This document shows, one piece after another, positions 29,320 through 38,422 of a stretch of DNA of 64,000 nt (its first letter is position 1; every line of letters begins with the position of its first letter). The position numbers and the translations under genes were made by a program. Under the pieces are notes generated by a model. That model did no database searches and was not told where the DNA came from. It was given only the letters and a program-made list of their open reading frames with translations. This DNA comes from Deltaproteobacteria bacterium (GTDB lineage Bacteria > Myxococcota > Kuafuiibacteriia > Kuafuiibacteriales > Kuafuiibacteriaceae), in the NCBI GenBank assembly GCA_040218735.1, contig JAVJQW010000070.1, positions 1-64,000 on the forward strand. Reading direction: 5' to 3'.

Positions 29320-30117
29320 ATGCACGTCTTCGTCGGGTTCGCCGTCATCGTCTTCGCCTTCGTGGCGAGTAAGTACACCTCGGAGGCGCTCGCGTTCGGC
29401 GGGCTGCTCAACCCCCCGGCCCTCGTGCTCCTGGCGCTCGGTCCGCTCGGTGCGTCGCTGGTCGCGCACCCGTTCTCGGAGTGGAAGCGGAACCTCGCGG
29501 TGCTGCTACGGGCGTTCCGGCACGACAAACGAACGAACTTCCTCGTCGCGTCCCGCGAGATGGAAGCCATCGCGCGCGCGGTGCGTGAGTCGCGCTGGCA
29601 GGACGCCGAGGACGTCGTCGCGCGCGCCGAGTCGGAGCAGGTGAAGGCGATCGCGCCGCACCTCCTCGCGCGCCTCGAGCTCGACGCATTGCACGAGGCC
29701 ATCGCGAGCACGTCGTTCGGGTGGATGGTCGAGGTGAAGGCCGCCGACGACTTCATGCAGGGCCTCGCCCGCTTCTCTCCCGCGTTCGGGATGATCGGCA
29801 CCATCATGGGGCTGGTCGATCTGTTCAAGAACATGCGCGACAGCGCGAGCCTCGGGCCGGGCATGGCGATGGCCCTCCTCGCCACGCTGTACGGCTTGAT
29901 CCTCTGCTACATCTTCTACATGCCGCTCGCGCAGCGGATCCGCACGTACCTCGTCGCGGGCGCGCACGAGCAGCGCGTGATCGAGCGCGCGGTGAACATG
30001 ATCATCGCGGGCCGCCCGGTCGGTGAGGTGAAGACCGCGGTGCTCGACGGCGCGAGCGAGAGCAACGGACACTCGGCGGCGGCCTCGGTCGGCGCGCCGG
30101 AGCAGTCGCGAGGCTGA
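29320..30117 (+). CDS. motA: MotA/PomA-type stator subunit A
   Basis: 4 TM helices; SPAFGMIGTIMGL, LGPGMAMALLATLYG, FYMPLA; cytoplasmic R-x7-E (VRESRWQDAE). Confidence 0.88.
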   Translation: MHVFVGFAVIVFAFVASKYTSEALAFGGLLNPPALVLLALGPLGASLVAHPFSEWKRNLAVLLRAFRHDKRTNFLVASREMEAIARAVRESRWQDAEDVVARAESEQVKAIAPHLLARLELDALHEAIASTSFGWMVEVKAADDFMQGLARFSPAFGMIGTIMGLVDLFKNMRDSASLGPGMAMALLATLYGLILCYIFYMPLAQRIRTYLVAGAHEQRVIERAVNMIIAGRPVGEVKTAVLDGASESNGHSAAASVGAPEQSRG

Positions 30118-30118
30118 C

Positions 30119-30781
30119 GTGGCCAACGGTCGTGGCAGCGGTGTCGAGGCGGCGCAAGACCTCCTCGCGAAGGCGGAAGACCAGGAGGATCCGTGGCTGA
30201 TCAGCTACGCGGACCTGGTGACGAACCTCCTCGCGTTCATGGTGCTGCTGGTGTCGATGGCGGGGATCTCGTTCGAGTCGATCGAGGCGATCCCGGGCGT
30301 GTTCGCCTCCGACAAGGAGCCCGCACCGCTCAAGACGTTGTCCGCGGAGATCATGAAGCTCGCGGAAGAGGAAGGCCTGAAGGGGCGCGTCGCGACGGAC
30401 GTGGACGCCGAGGGCCTCGCGATCCAGCTCGAGGATCGCATCCTCTTCCCGTCGGGCGTCGCGTCGCTGACGTCCGAGGGTGGCGCGCTCGTCGACAAAC
30501 TCGCGCGGCTGTTCTCCAAGATGGAGGACCGCTATCGCGTCCGCGTGGAGGGGCACACCGACGACGTGCCGATCTCCACGGCGAAGTTCCGCGACAACTG
30601 GGACCTGTCCGCGGGCCGCGCGCTCGAAGTGCGCGGACGGCTCGCGTCGGCGGGGGTGGACGAGTCGCGTTTGTCGATCGTCGCGTACGCCGATCAGCGG
30701 CCGGCGAAGGTGCCGCAGGGGCTCTCGATCGACGAGGTGCGCGCGCGCAACCGGAGGGTGGTGATCCGTGTTTTCTACTGA
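30119..30781 (+). CDS. motB: MotB/PomB-type stator subunit B with OmpA-like peptidoglycan-binding domain
   Basis: WLISYADLVTNLLAF (catalytic Asp); VEGHTDDVPI..NWDLSAGRA..RARNRRVVI. Confidence 0.92.
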   Translation: MANGRGSGVEAAQDLLAKAEDQEDPWLISYADLVTNLLAFMVLLVSMAGISFESIEAIPGVFASDKEPAPLKTLSAEIMKLAEEEGLKGRVATDVDAEGLAIQLEDRILFPSGVASLTSEGGALVDKLARLFSKMEDRYRVRVEGHTDDVPISTAKFRDNWDLSAGRALEVRGRLASAGVDESRLSIVAYADQRPAKVPQGLSIDEVRARNRRVVIRVFY

Positions 30782-32453
30782 GGTCCTGATCGCGGCGCTC
30801 ATGCTCACGGCGCAGGCGTCGAGCGTCACCGTCGACTCCGTGCGAACGCAGACGCGGATGCTGCTGCAGTCGATGTGTGACGACCGCTGCGACGTCGTCG
30901 ACGTGCAGATCAAGAAGCGCCGACGCGCGCCGGTGGGAGGTGTCGAGCCGGGCTTCGACGACGCGCCGCAGCTCGCGCCGGTGCCTTCGGAGATCGCGCT
31001 GACGCTGCTGTTCGACAGTAAGATCACCAAGGCGCACCGCGCGTTCATCAGCGACCGCGTCAAACATCGCATCTCGGAGATGGGCCTGCCGGTGCTCGTC
31101 ACCGAGAACGTGCGGCCGTTCCCGGATCCGCTCCCCTTCCCCGAAGAACCGCAGCCCGCGATCCCGCCGCCGCCTCCGCCGGCTGCGCCGGTGATCGTTC
31201 AGCCGCCGGCCCCCGCGGCGCCCGCGCCGGCGCCCGTCGCGGCGAAGGCGGACCTCGAGGAGACGTTCTGGCTGGAGATGATCAAGTTCCTCCCGGTGCT
31301 GCTGATGTTCCTGCTGCTCGGGTGGTTCCTGATGCGGGTCCTGAAGCGCATGGAGAACCTCACCTACGCGCGCGGGTACGAGGAGGAGCCGGAGCACAAC
31401 CTCACGGTGACGCCGGAGGTGATCGAGGACCGCACGGGCATGCCGGTGACGGCGCAGCCGCTGCCGCCGCCGCGCTCCGACGAGCTGGTCGAGGACCTGA
31501 GGATGTACCGCGGGAGCACGCGCCGGATCTTCCGGCGGCTCCTCGTGCAGGGCGACCACGACACGGTCGCGCGGTCCGTCGCGTTGCTCGGGGACTTCGT
31601 GGTGCAGGACCTGTCGCACGACCCCGACGTGAAGAAGGCGCTCGGCGCCGCCGGCGCGAGGACGTCGGAGATCCTGCGTTCGCCGATCACCGACGAGGAG
31701 CGCGAGGATCTGCTGCGCACCGTGCAGGCCGAGCTGGTCGCGGACCGCGTCGCGAACCGCGCCGAGGACGTGCGCGAGGAGTTCGAGCAGCTGCTGGGCT
31801 GGGGCCCGGAGGCGTTCGCCGCGCTGTTGTCGCGGCTCGACGAGCGGCTGGAGGTCATCATGCTCCGCCACGCGCCGGGGCACCTCACGGAGAGCTACCT
31901 GCGCGGCATGTCGCCCTCCACGCGTGCGGCGGTGGTGCGCAAGCTCCTGGAGGCGCCTGCGGCCGAGCCCTCGGAGATCGAGGTGCTCGCGGCGGCGATC
32001 GAGACCCAAGCGCAGGCGGCGCTGGTCGGCGGCTACGAGGCCGACCACATCGTCGACCTGCTCGACTCGCTGCCGGCGTCGGAGCAGGAGTCGGTGGTCT
32101 CGGACCTGGAGTCGACCCGCCCCGACTACGTGCGGCGAAACCTCGGGCAGCTCCCGGTCGAGTCGGCGCTGCTGCGGGTCCCGGACGAGGCGCTCGCGGC
32201 GGCGTGGGCGAAGGTGCCGTTCGAGGACTGGCTCGCGTATCTGCGCGTGGCGCCCCAGGACATCCGCGCGCGTGCGCTGCACGTGTGCCCGGCGCGCCTG
32301 CGGGAGTCGGTGACCGAGGAGCTCACGCTGCGCGTCGCGGGCGACCCGGTCGCGGGGACGCGCGCGCGCCGCAAGATCATCCAGGCGGCGCTCGGCGCCG
32401 TCCCGAGCGGCGCGCTCCTCGACGCACCGCTCCAGGTCCCCGCGAAGACCTGA
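30768..32453 (+). CDS. Membrane-anchored FliG-like rotor protein with a FliF-like periplasmic domain (putative FliF-FliG fusion)
   Basis: Signal peptide, periplasmic domain ending VTENVRPF, Pro linker, TM helix, then FliG-M-like FEQLLGWGPEAFAALL.., GG hinge, FliG-C-like helices with CPARLRESVTEEL. Confidence 0.75.
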   Translation: MFSTEVLIAALMLTAQASSVTVDSVRTQTRMLLQSMCDDRCDVVDVQIKKRRRAPVGGVEPGFDDAPQLAPVPSEIALTLLFDSKITKAHRAFISDRVKHRISEMGLPVLVTENVRPFPDPLPFPEEPQPAIPPPPPPAAPVIVQPPAPAAPAPAPVAAKADLEETFWLEMIKFLPVLLMFLLLGWFLMRVLKRMENLTYARGYEEEPEHNLTVTPEVIEDRTGMPVTAQPLPPPRSDELVEDLRMYRGSTRRIFRRLLVQGDHDTVARSVALLGDFVVQDLSHDPDVKKALGAAGARTSEILRSPITDEEREDLLRTVQAELVADRVANRAEDVREEFEQLLGWGPEAFAALLSRLDERLEVIMLRHAPGHLTESYLRGMSPSTRAAVVRKLLEAPAAEPSEIEVLAAAIETQAQAALVGGYEADHIVDLLDSLPASEQESVVSDLESTRPDYVRRNLGQLPVESALLRVPDEALAAAWAKVPFEDWLAYLRVAPQDIRARALHVCPARLRESVTEELTLRVAGDPVAGTRARRKIIQAALGAVPSGALLDAPLQVPAKT

Positions 32454-32462
32454 GCGCCGACC

Positions 32463-32485
32463 GTTCGAACGTTCGAACGTTCGAA
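32463..32485. repeat. Palindromic 8-nt tandem repeat (GTTCGAAC, about 3 copies) after the FliG-like gene; possible hairpin
   Basis: gttcgaacgttcgaacgttcgaa. Confidence 0.6.
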
Positions 32486-32629
32486 GTCTCATCCCCCGGC
32501 CCTGATTTCGGCGCGCCGGCTCTCTTTTTCCCGGTCTGTGACTTTCGTTACGCGCAGGCCCGCCGATTCCAGTGACGAATGGCCCGTGACGTCACCAACC
32601 TGCGCGCCCGCGTGGTACAACAAGAGGTG

Positions 32630-33649
32630 ATGCAGCGGCTCGCACCCCTCCTGCTCCTCGCCGCCGGCTGCACGATCATCATCAAGCCCAACATCGGGGA
32701 CACGCCGGTGCCGGTGCCCATCCCGCTGGTGTGCGCGCCGAGTGAGACCGCGCCGAAGGCGCACATCATCTTCACGATGCGCGTCGAGAAGACGACGGTG
32801 AACCTCGCCGAGCACTACGGGCAGTTCATGGTGAACACCACGCTCATGCTCGCGGGGGCCGGGCTGCAGCCGACGTCCGCGGTGCTGCTGCGCGCCGACG
32901 AGCGCCCCATCCCGAACGAGGTGATGGGCGCGTGGGGCTGCGACGTCGAGGAGACGCCCGAGTCGCTCCCGCCGACGCAGGTGATTCGGCACTACGCGAT
33001 CAACGCGCCGCTCGAGCCCTCGCCGCTCGGGTGCGCGACCGACAGCGTGCTGAAGGCCGGCGCGTCGATGACCGACGTCCTCACCCAGTACCCGCCGGAG
33101 CTCGGCGGTGAAGACGGCCTGCGTGTGTTCCCGCGCGGCACGCCCGACGTCCTGTTGGTCGTCCACCTCGACGGCCTCCCGCGCCGCACCGGCCTGAACG
33201 ACACCGAGTGCGCCGAAGCCCCGAAGCTCGCGTCCGCGAGCCCCGACGGCGCCGCCGGCTGGGTGGTCTACAACGACGGCGGCATCGCGATGGACCGCGT
33301 CGTCCACTGGTTCATCGCGACCGACGAAGCGATGGACCGCGCGACGTTCGTCGAGCAGTGCCGGCGCTTCGAAGCGTTCCCGACGGACGTCCTCGACGTC
33401 CTCGAGCCCTCGCCTCGCCTTCTGTACGCGCCGATCGCGGAGCAAATCGCAGGCAACGGCGGCCACGCGACCTTCCTCCCCCTGTGCGAGATGCTCGGCG
33501 CGGACGCCGGCTTCTTCAAGGAGCAGGGCGCGCTCATCGGCGGCATCGTCGGCCTCGAGGTCGACCCGGACAAGGTCATCGAAGTCATCGAAAACGGCGG
33601 CGTCGTCCCCGAAGGTGAGATCCCCGACGGCCTCCGTCCGCCGGGCTGA
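32630..33649 (+). CDS. Hypothetical lipoprotein
   Basis: GAGGTG RBS; MQRLAPLLLLAAGC lipobox; paired Cys. Confidence 0.75.
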   Translation: MQRLAPLLLLAAGCTIIIKPNIGDTPVPVPIPLVCAPSETAPKAHIIFTMRVEKTTVNLAEHYGQFMVNTTLMLAGAGLQPTSAVLLRADERPIPNEVMGAWGCDVEETPESLPPTQVIRHYAINAPLEPSPLGCATDSVLKAGASMTDVLTQYPPELGGEDGLRVFPRGTPDVLLVVHLDGLPRRTGLNDTECAEAPKLASASPDGAAGWVVYNDGGIAMDRVVHWFIATDEAMDRATFVEQCRRFEAFPTDVLDVLEPSPRLLYAPIAEQIAGNGGHATFLPLCEMLGADAGFFKEQGALIGGIVGLEVDPDKVIEVIENGGVVPEGEIPDGLRPPG

Positions 33650-33652
33650 TTC

Positions 33653-34243
33653 GTGCCCGCCCCGAAGCGACCGCGGCGTCCGCCTCGGCGCCTCGCCCGC
33701 CGCCCCCGACGTCCGCCGCGTGAGCCCACGCGGTGGCCGCTCTTCGCGCTGCTGCTCCTCGTGCCGCTCGCGTTCTACGCCGGCCGAACGACCGCCCCCT
33801 CGCCCGAGATCCCGCCGCCGCCCGAGCCCTCGCCCGAGCCCCCCGCGCTCGCGGTCTCGACGTCGACGGCGGGCCTCTGCCCCTGCCCGAAACCGCCGCC
33901 GCCGCGGAAGCCGGCGAAGCCGAAGAAGCTCACGAAGAAGGCGCCGCCGCCCGTCGTCACGCCGGACTTCGAGCGCGCCGACCCCACGAAGGAGACGGCC
34001 GCGTACCTCAAACGCGCGAGCCGTCGCCTGGCGAAGTGCGCCCCCGCGCACGGCGCGCAGACCCGGGTGCACCTGGAGGTCACGGTCGAACCGAGCGGGA
34101 CGATCACCGTCGTTCACATCACCAACGTCGACCCGGTGCCGGGCGCGATCGCGACGTGCGTCGACCGTGAGATGAAAGCGCTCACGCCCCCCGCGTTCGA
34201 CGCGACCGAGCCCGCGACGTTCGGCCTCACCGTCGTGCTCTGA
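33653..34243 (+). CDS. TM + Pro/Lys linker + TonB-C/AgmX(GltJ)-C-like domain protein
   Basis: Basic N-terminus, TM helix, PPPPEP/KPAKPKK linker, LAKC..VHLEVTVEPSGTI..ATCV..LTPPAF. Confidence 0.7.
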   Translation: MPAPKRPRRPPRRLARRPRRPPREPTRWPLFALLLLVPLAFYAGRTTAPSPEIPPPPEPSPEPPALAVSTSTAGLCPCPKPPPPRKPAKPKKLTKKAPPPVVTPDFERADPTKETAAYLKRASRRLAKCAPAHGAQTRVHLEVTVEPSGTITVVHITNVDPVPGAIATCVDREMKALTPPAFDATEPATFGLTVVL

Positions 34244-34272
34244 GTGACGCGTCGGTGTTAGAGTCCATCGCC

Positions 34273-35892
34273 GTGCGAGCTGTCGTCGCCGCGTTGCTGC
34301 TGTCGATCACGACCGGCTGCGCCCAGGTCGCGTTCGTCGACCCCGACGCCGACCTCAAGGCGCAGCTCGTGATCGAAGAGGCCCAGCGTCTGACCGTGAC
34401 CGACGACCCGCGCGTCTACTTCTTCGTGCGCATCCGCGGGCGCGCCGGCGAGGATCTGATTCGCCTCTCCGCGTCGGGGCCGGACGGCGCGTTCGCCCTG
34501 CCCCTCGACGACGCGCTGCGCCAGGACTGCGGCGTCGGGCAGCGCTGCCTGTCGATCACGCTGCCGCCGGGCATCCCGTCGGGCCTCACCGCGCTGACGC
34601 TGGAGGCCCCCGCGATCGGGCACCGCGACACCACGCAGATCGAAGAGCGCAACCTCAACGCCTATCAGCTCGTCGCGGAGCCCCTCGCCGGCAACGAACA
34701 GGTGCGCCTGCAGATCAACGACCCGATCCGCGCGGCGTTCCCCAACACGGAGCTCGTCGACGGCGAGCGTCAGGTCGAGCTGTTCCCGCGGAAGTTCGAG
34801 ACGATCTGGCGCCCGGGCCCCTGCGGCGATCCGTTCGACGCCACCGCGGACACGTGGAAGGAGGCCGCCGCCCTCCCCGTCACGCTCTCGGCCACCTTCA
34901 GCGAGGACGAAGACCCGTCGGTCTGCCTCGGCGTCCGTCCGAACGCGCCCGACGGCGGGGACACCGTCGCGACGCGCACCGTGGGCGCCCGCGCGGTCAT
35001 CACGACGTTCGACCACACCTACGTGCCACCGACCGAATCGAGCCCGCTGGTCTACCTCACGGTGTTCAACCTGGAGCTGCCGAGCGAAGCGCGCTGCACC
35101 GAGGCGCAGGCGCAGGTGTCCGCGGCGATCCGCGACGCCGCGATCGACATCGCCGCGTCCCTGGAGGGGGCGCCGGTGCTCGAGCTGTCACCGCTCGACC
35201 TCGCGGACCTCGACGGGGAGCCGTGCCGCCAGTACGACGAGCCGTCCTTGGCCGCCGACATCCTGTTCGATCGCATCCGCGCCGACGTCGAGACGGAGTA
35301 CGGCCCGACCCGTCAGGTGCGCGCCGTGATCGTCTACGTGACGAACCTCCGTATCGAGATGCCGGAGGGGCTCTCGCAGGACTTCGCCCAGCTGAGGAAC
35401 CAGTTCGATCTGTCCGACACGATGCGCGACTTCGTCGTCGCGATCGCACCGATGGAGGCCCACGAGGGCCTCGACACCGACGAGACGCTCCCCTGGCTCG
35501 CCACCGAGGAGCCGACGTTCCGCACGTCGATCCGGAGCCTCCTCGCGACGTCGTGGCCGTTCAAGACGATGATCCACTCGCAGAACACCATCGTCCCGCT
35601 CACCGGCGAAGACGACGCGACGCGCTTTCAGTACTACCGCGTCTGCCAAGCGAGCGTCGGTGCGCTGTTCCCGCTCGGCGAGCCGCTCCCCGACGCCAAC
35701 GCGCTGATCCCGCCCCCGAGCGGGCCGGCCTACCGCGTCGACCTCCCCGGGCAGACGCTCGAGCCCGCCATCGACTATACGTCGCCGATCATCGCGTTGA
35801 GGTGGCAGGGCTGCGAGGCGCTCTGCGACCGTCCGCCCCCCTCCGCGCTCCCCGGCAACGACACGGCGTGGCTACTCCAGGAGGGGTGTTGA
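34273..35892 (+). CDS. Large hypothetical lipoprotein
   Basis: Lipobox ITTGC; long ORF, TGATG-coupled to the next gene. Confidence 0.75.
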   Translation: MRAVVAALLLSITTGCAQVAFVDPDADLKAQLVIEEAQRLTVTDDPRVYFFVRIRGRAGEDLIRLSASGPDGAFALPLDDALRQDCGVGQRCLSITLPPGIPSGLTALTLEAPAIGHRDTTQIEERNLNAYQLVAEPLAGNEQVRLQINDPIRAAFPNTELVDGERQVELFPRKFETIWRPGPCGDPFDATADTWKEAAALPVTLSATFSEDEDPSVCLGVRPNAPDGGDTVATRTVGARAVITTFDHTYVPPTESSPLVYLTVFNLELPSEARCTEAQAQVSAAIRDAAIDIAASLEGAPVLELSPLDLADLDGEPCRQYDEPSLAADILFDRIRADVETEYGPTRQVRAVIVYVTNLRIEMPEGLSQDFAQLRNQFDLSDTMRDFVVAIAPMEAHEGLDTDETLPWLATEEPTFRTSIRSLLATSWPFKTMIHSQNTIVPLTGEDDATRFQYYRVCQASVGALFPLGEPLPDANALIPPPSGPAYRVDLPGQTLEPAIDYTSPIIALRWQGCEALCDRPPPSALPGNDTAWLLQEGC

Positions 35893-36557
35893 TGCGGGGG
35901 GTGATCGTCGCGGGTGTCACGCTCCTCGCGTCGACGGCGTCGGCCGCACCGCCGCCCGTGCCCTGGGAGGTGACCGGCACGTCGTCGACCGCGGCGGTCT
36001 CGGTGGAGCCGGACACCGCGCACCGTGTCGAGCGTCGTTTCTTCGAGAAGCAGGATCACTTCCTGGTGAAGACCGGCTTTTCGTACCTGTCGCGGGGGGA
36101 CTTCTATTCGAACCCCGGCGTCTCGATCGATCTGTCCTGGTACCCGCTGGAGTTCTTCGCGATCGACTTCGTGTCCTCGACGATCTTCTTCTCGCAGCTC
36201 AACAACACCGCCACCGAGCTCCGCGAGACGTTCGGTCTGCTTCCCGACAGCCAGAAGCCATACGCACGCGTGACGGCAGGCGGGCGGTTTGCGTTTGCCT
36301 ACGGCAAGGTCCTCATCGAGGAGCTCGGCGAAGTCGTCCACCTCGACGCGAGCGTCGGACTCCACCTCGGCGTCCTCGCGACCGACCGCGCGGTGAACCT
36401 CGGCGGCGACACCGGCCTCACGTTCCAGGCCGCTGTGTTCGAGCGGTTCGTGGTGTGGTTCGACTTCTCGTGGTTCCTCAGCTTCGAGGAGCGCTCCGAC
36501 GAAGGGACCGTCGCGTCCGGCCCGATGGGCACGGTGGGGTTGGGTCTGAAGCTTTGA
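35892..36557 (+). CDS. Outer-membrane beta-barrel protein resembling myxobacterial GltA/B/H-type barrels
   Basis: Signal peptide; VERRFFEKQDHF, DFYSNP, FAFAYGK motifs. Confidence 0.7.
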   Translation: MRGVIVAGVTLLASTASAAPPPVPWEVTGTSSTAAVSVEPDTAHRVERRFFEKQDHFLVKTGFSYLSRGDFYSNPGVSIDLSWYPLEFFAIDFVSSTIFFSQLNNTATELRETFGLLPDSQKPYARVTAGGRFAFAYGKVLIEELGEVVHLDASVGLHLGVLATDRAVNLGGDTGLTFQAAVFERFVVWFDFSWFLSFEERSDEGTVASGPMGTVGLGLKL

Positions 36558-38422
36558 TCGCGTTGTGGGTCACGCTCGTAGCCGCGAGCCCGGTCGGCGG
36601 CGTGAGCACACCGACCGACGACGTCACGGTCGTGGAGCGCTTCCTCGCCGGGGATCTCGTCACGCTCCGCCGGGCCACCGTGTTGCGCGCGGCGGCCGGA
36701 GAGCGCGTGGACGTGGGGCTCCTCGCGCTCCTCAACGACTACGCGCGGCTCGTGCGCTGTCGCCCGATCGATCCCCTGCCCGCGGACGAACGTGAGCCGT
36801 ACCGGACCGTGCGCAAGCTCGTGCGGTTGGAGCGCGTGCGGCTCGAACGCCTCGTCCGCGACCGCGCGCACCGCGGCTCGACGCTCGTGCACCTGCTGGG
36901 GCCCGAGCGGCTCTATCAGCTCGCCGAGGCCGAGGACCGGCGCGTGATTCGGTGGCCGATCGAAGCCGAGACCTGGCCCGGAGAGATCCTCGCGCCGACC
37001 TCCGCGGAGCCCGACTGCCCCTCGATCGCCGGTGGGAAGAAGGAGCGCCCGGAGGCGGTGCACCGGGAGCACCGCCGGCTCCGCATCAACGCGGAGCGGA
37101 GCGGCGTGGCCGACCTGCTCGACCACTTCGACCAGCTCCCCGATCGCACCGCGTCGCGCGTCGCGCTGACGTACCTCGCCGACGCCGAGGGGGTGGCGGG
37201 GTTCGCGATCAACGCGCGCTGGCGGCGCGTGCTGGAGGCGACCGTGGCGCGGAGCCCGGACGACGTGCGTCCCGCCGCGCGGTTGTTACTCGCGAAGATC
37301 GCAGAGCGCAGTAACGACGGCGCGGAGGTGGAGCGCCTCTATCGCGCGTTGCTCGCGGACCCCGCCCGGAGCGCCGCGCAGGACAGCCGCGCGCGGGTGC
37401 GTCTGGTTAAACGACTCGAGCCGCAGTGGACGGCGATCCTCGACGTCATCCGCGGCGCCGAGAAGATCCGGCCGGCGGACGAACCGGTGCTGATCAACGC
37501 GGAGGCGCGTGCGCTCTACAGTCTGGGGGAGACGGAGCAGCTCATGACGCTCGGCCGACGCCTCGTGCAGCGTGAGGATCTATGGCGGGGAGCGAACGAC
37601 GGACAGCTCGGGCCGTTCATCCTGCAGACCAACGAGCTGCTCACGCTCCTCGCGCTGGACCTGTCGCCGTCGCGCGCGATCGCGTGGCTGGACGAGATCG
37701 CGATCGCCGGAGACGAAGCGCGGTCGGAGCGGCTGGAGCAGCTCGCGGAGCGCGCGCGCGAGCGTCGGGACTTCGAGCTCGCCGTGGCGCTGTACGATCG
37801 GCGCCGAGCCGAGGTCCTCGAAGGCCTCACGCGGCGCGGCCCCCGCGCGGCGGCGAAGGACGCGGAGCTGATCGGGCGGCGTGCGTATATCGAGTACGAC
37901 CGCGAGGACGTCGAGGCGTTCGCGGGGTTCGTCGACGCGCTGGTCGGGCTCGCGACCACCGAGCAGGGACGACCGATCGCGAGGTACGCGCCGCACAAGG
38001 CGATCGCGCGGCTGACACAGGACCTCCTCGGGCGCCTCACCGACGACGTGAAGGATGATCCAGAACGTGAGAAGTTCGCTGCGGTTCTGCTCGACGCGGG
38101 CACGAAGCTCACGGTGCAGCCGTCGCGCTATCGGCGCGTGCTGGAGCGCTTCCAACCGGACCTGATTCGCCTCGCAGGGAAGTGGGCCCAGGGCCGCGTC
38201 GCGAAGCCGGACGCGAAGAAGACCAAACGCAAGAAGGCCAAGCCGGTGAAGCAGCTCGGGCAGGTCGTGGTGCAGCGCCTCCCGCCGAGCCTCGAAGCCC
38301 CGGACCACGCGACGCCCGTGCCTGCGGTCGCGACGTTCCTCATGTACCCGACCCCCGAGGGCGCGTGGCGTGAAGGTGCGCCGTGGATGTCGCTCGTGCC
38401 CAAGAAGAAGAAGTCGAGGTGA
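36554..38422 (+). CDS. Exported all-helical/TPR-like protein
   Basis: TTG start overlapping the upstream TGA, signal-like N-terminus, TPR-like helices. Confidence 0.65.
   Translation: MIALWVTLVAASPVGGVSTPTDDVTVVERFLAGDLVTLRRATVLRAAAGERVDVGLLALLNDYARLVRCRPIDPLPADEREPYRTVRKLVRLERVRLERLVRDRAHRGSTLVHLLGPERLYQLAEAEDRRVIRWPIEAETWPGEILAPTSAEPDCPSIAGGKKERPEAVHREHRRLRINAERSGVADLLDHFDQLPDRTASRVALTYLADAEGVAGFAINARWRRVLEATVARSPDDVRPAARLLLAKIAERSNDGAEVERLYRALLADPARSAAQDSRARVRLVKRLEPQWTAILDVIRGAEKIRPADEPVLINAEARALYSLGETEQLMTLGRRLVQREDLWRGANDGQLGPFILQTNELLTLLALDLSPSRAIAWLDEIAIAGDEARSERLEQLAERARERRDFELAVALYDRRRAEVLEGLTRRGPRAAAKDAELIGRRAYIEYDREDVEAFAGFVDALVGLATTEQGRPIARYAPHKAIARLTQDLLGRLTDDVKDDPEREKFAAVLLDAGTKLTVQPSRYRRVLERFQPDLIRLAGKWAQGRVAKPDAKKTKRKKAKPVKQLGQVVVQRLPPSLEAPDHATPVPAVATFLMYPTPEGAWREGAPWMSLVPKKKKSR

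Noticed and set aside
29320-30781. Zorya ZorAB defence system
   Set aside because: The A subunit lacks the long cytoplasmic ZorA tail, no ZorC/D/E are adjacent, and the neighbour is FliG-like.
29320-32453. Ordinary flagellar operon
   Set aside because: No other flagellar genes in 64 kb; the FliG-like protein has a signal peptide and TM helix and lacks EHPQ. Flagellar genes elsewhere in the genome cannot be excluded.
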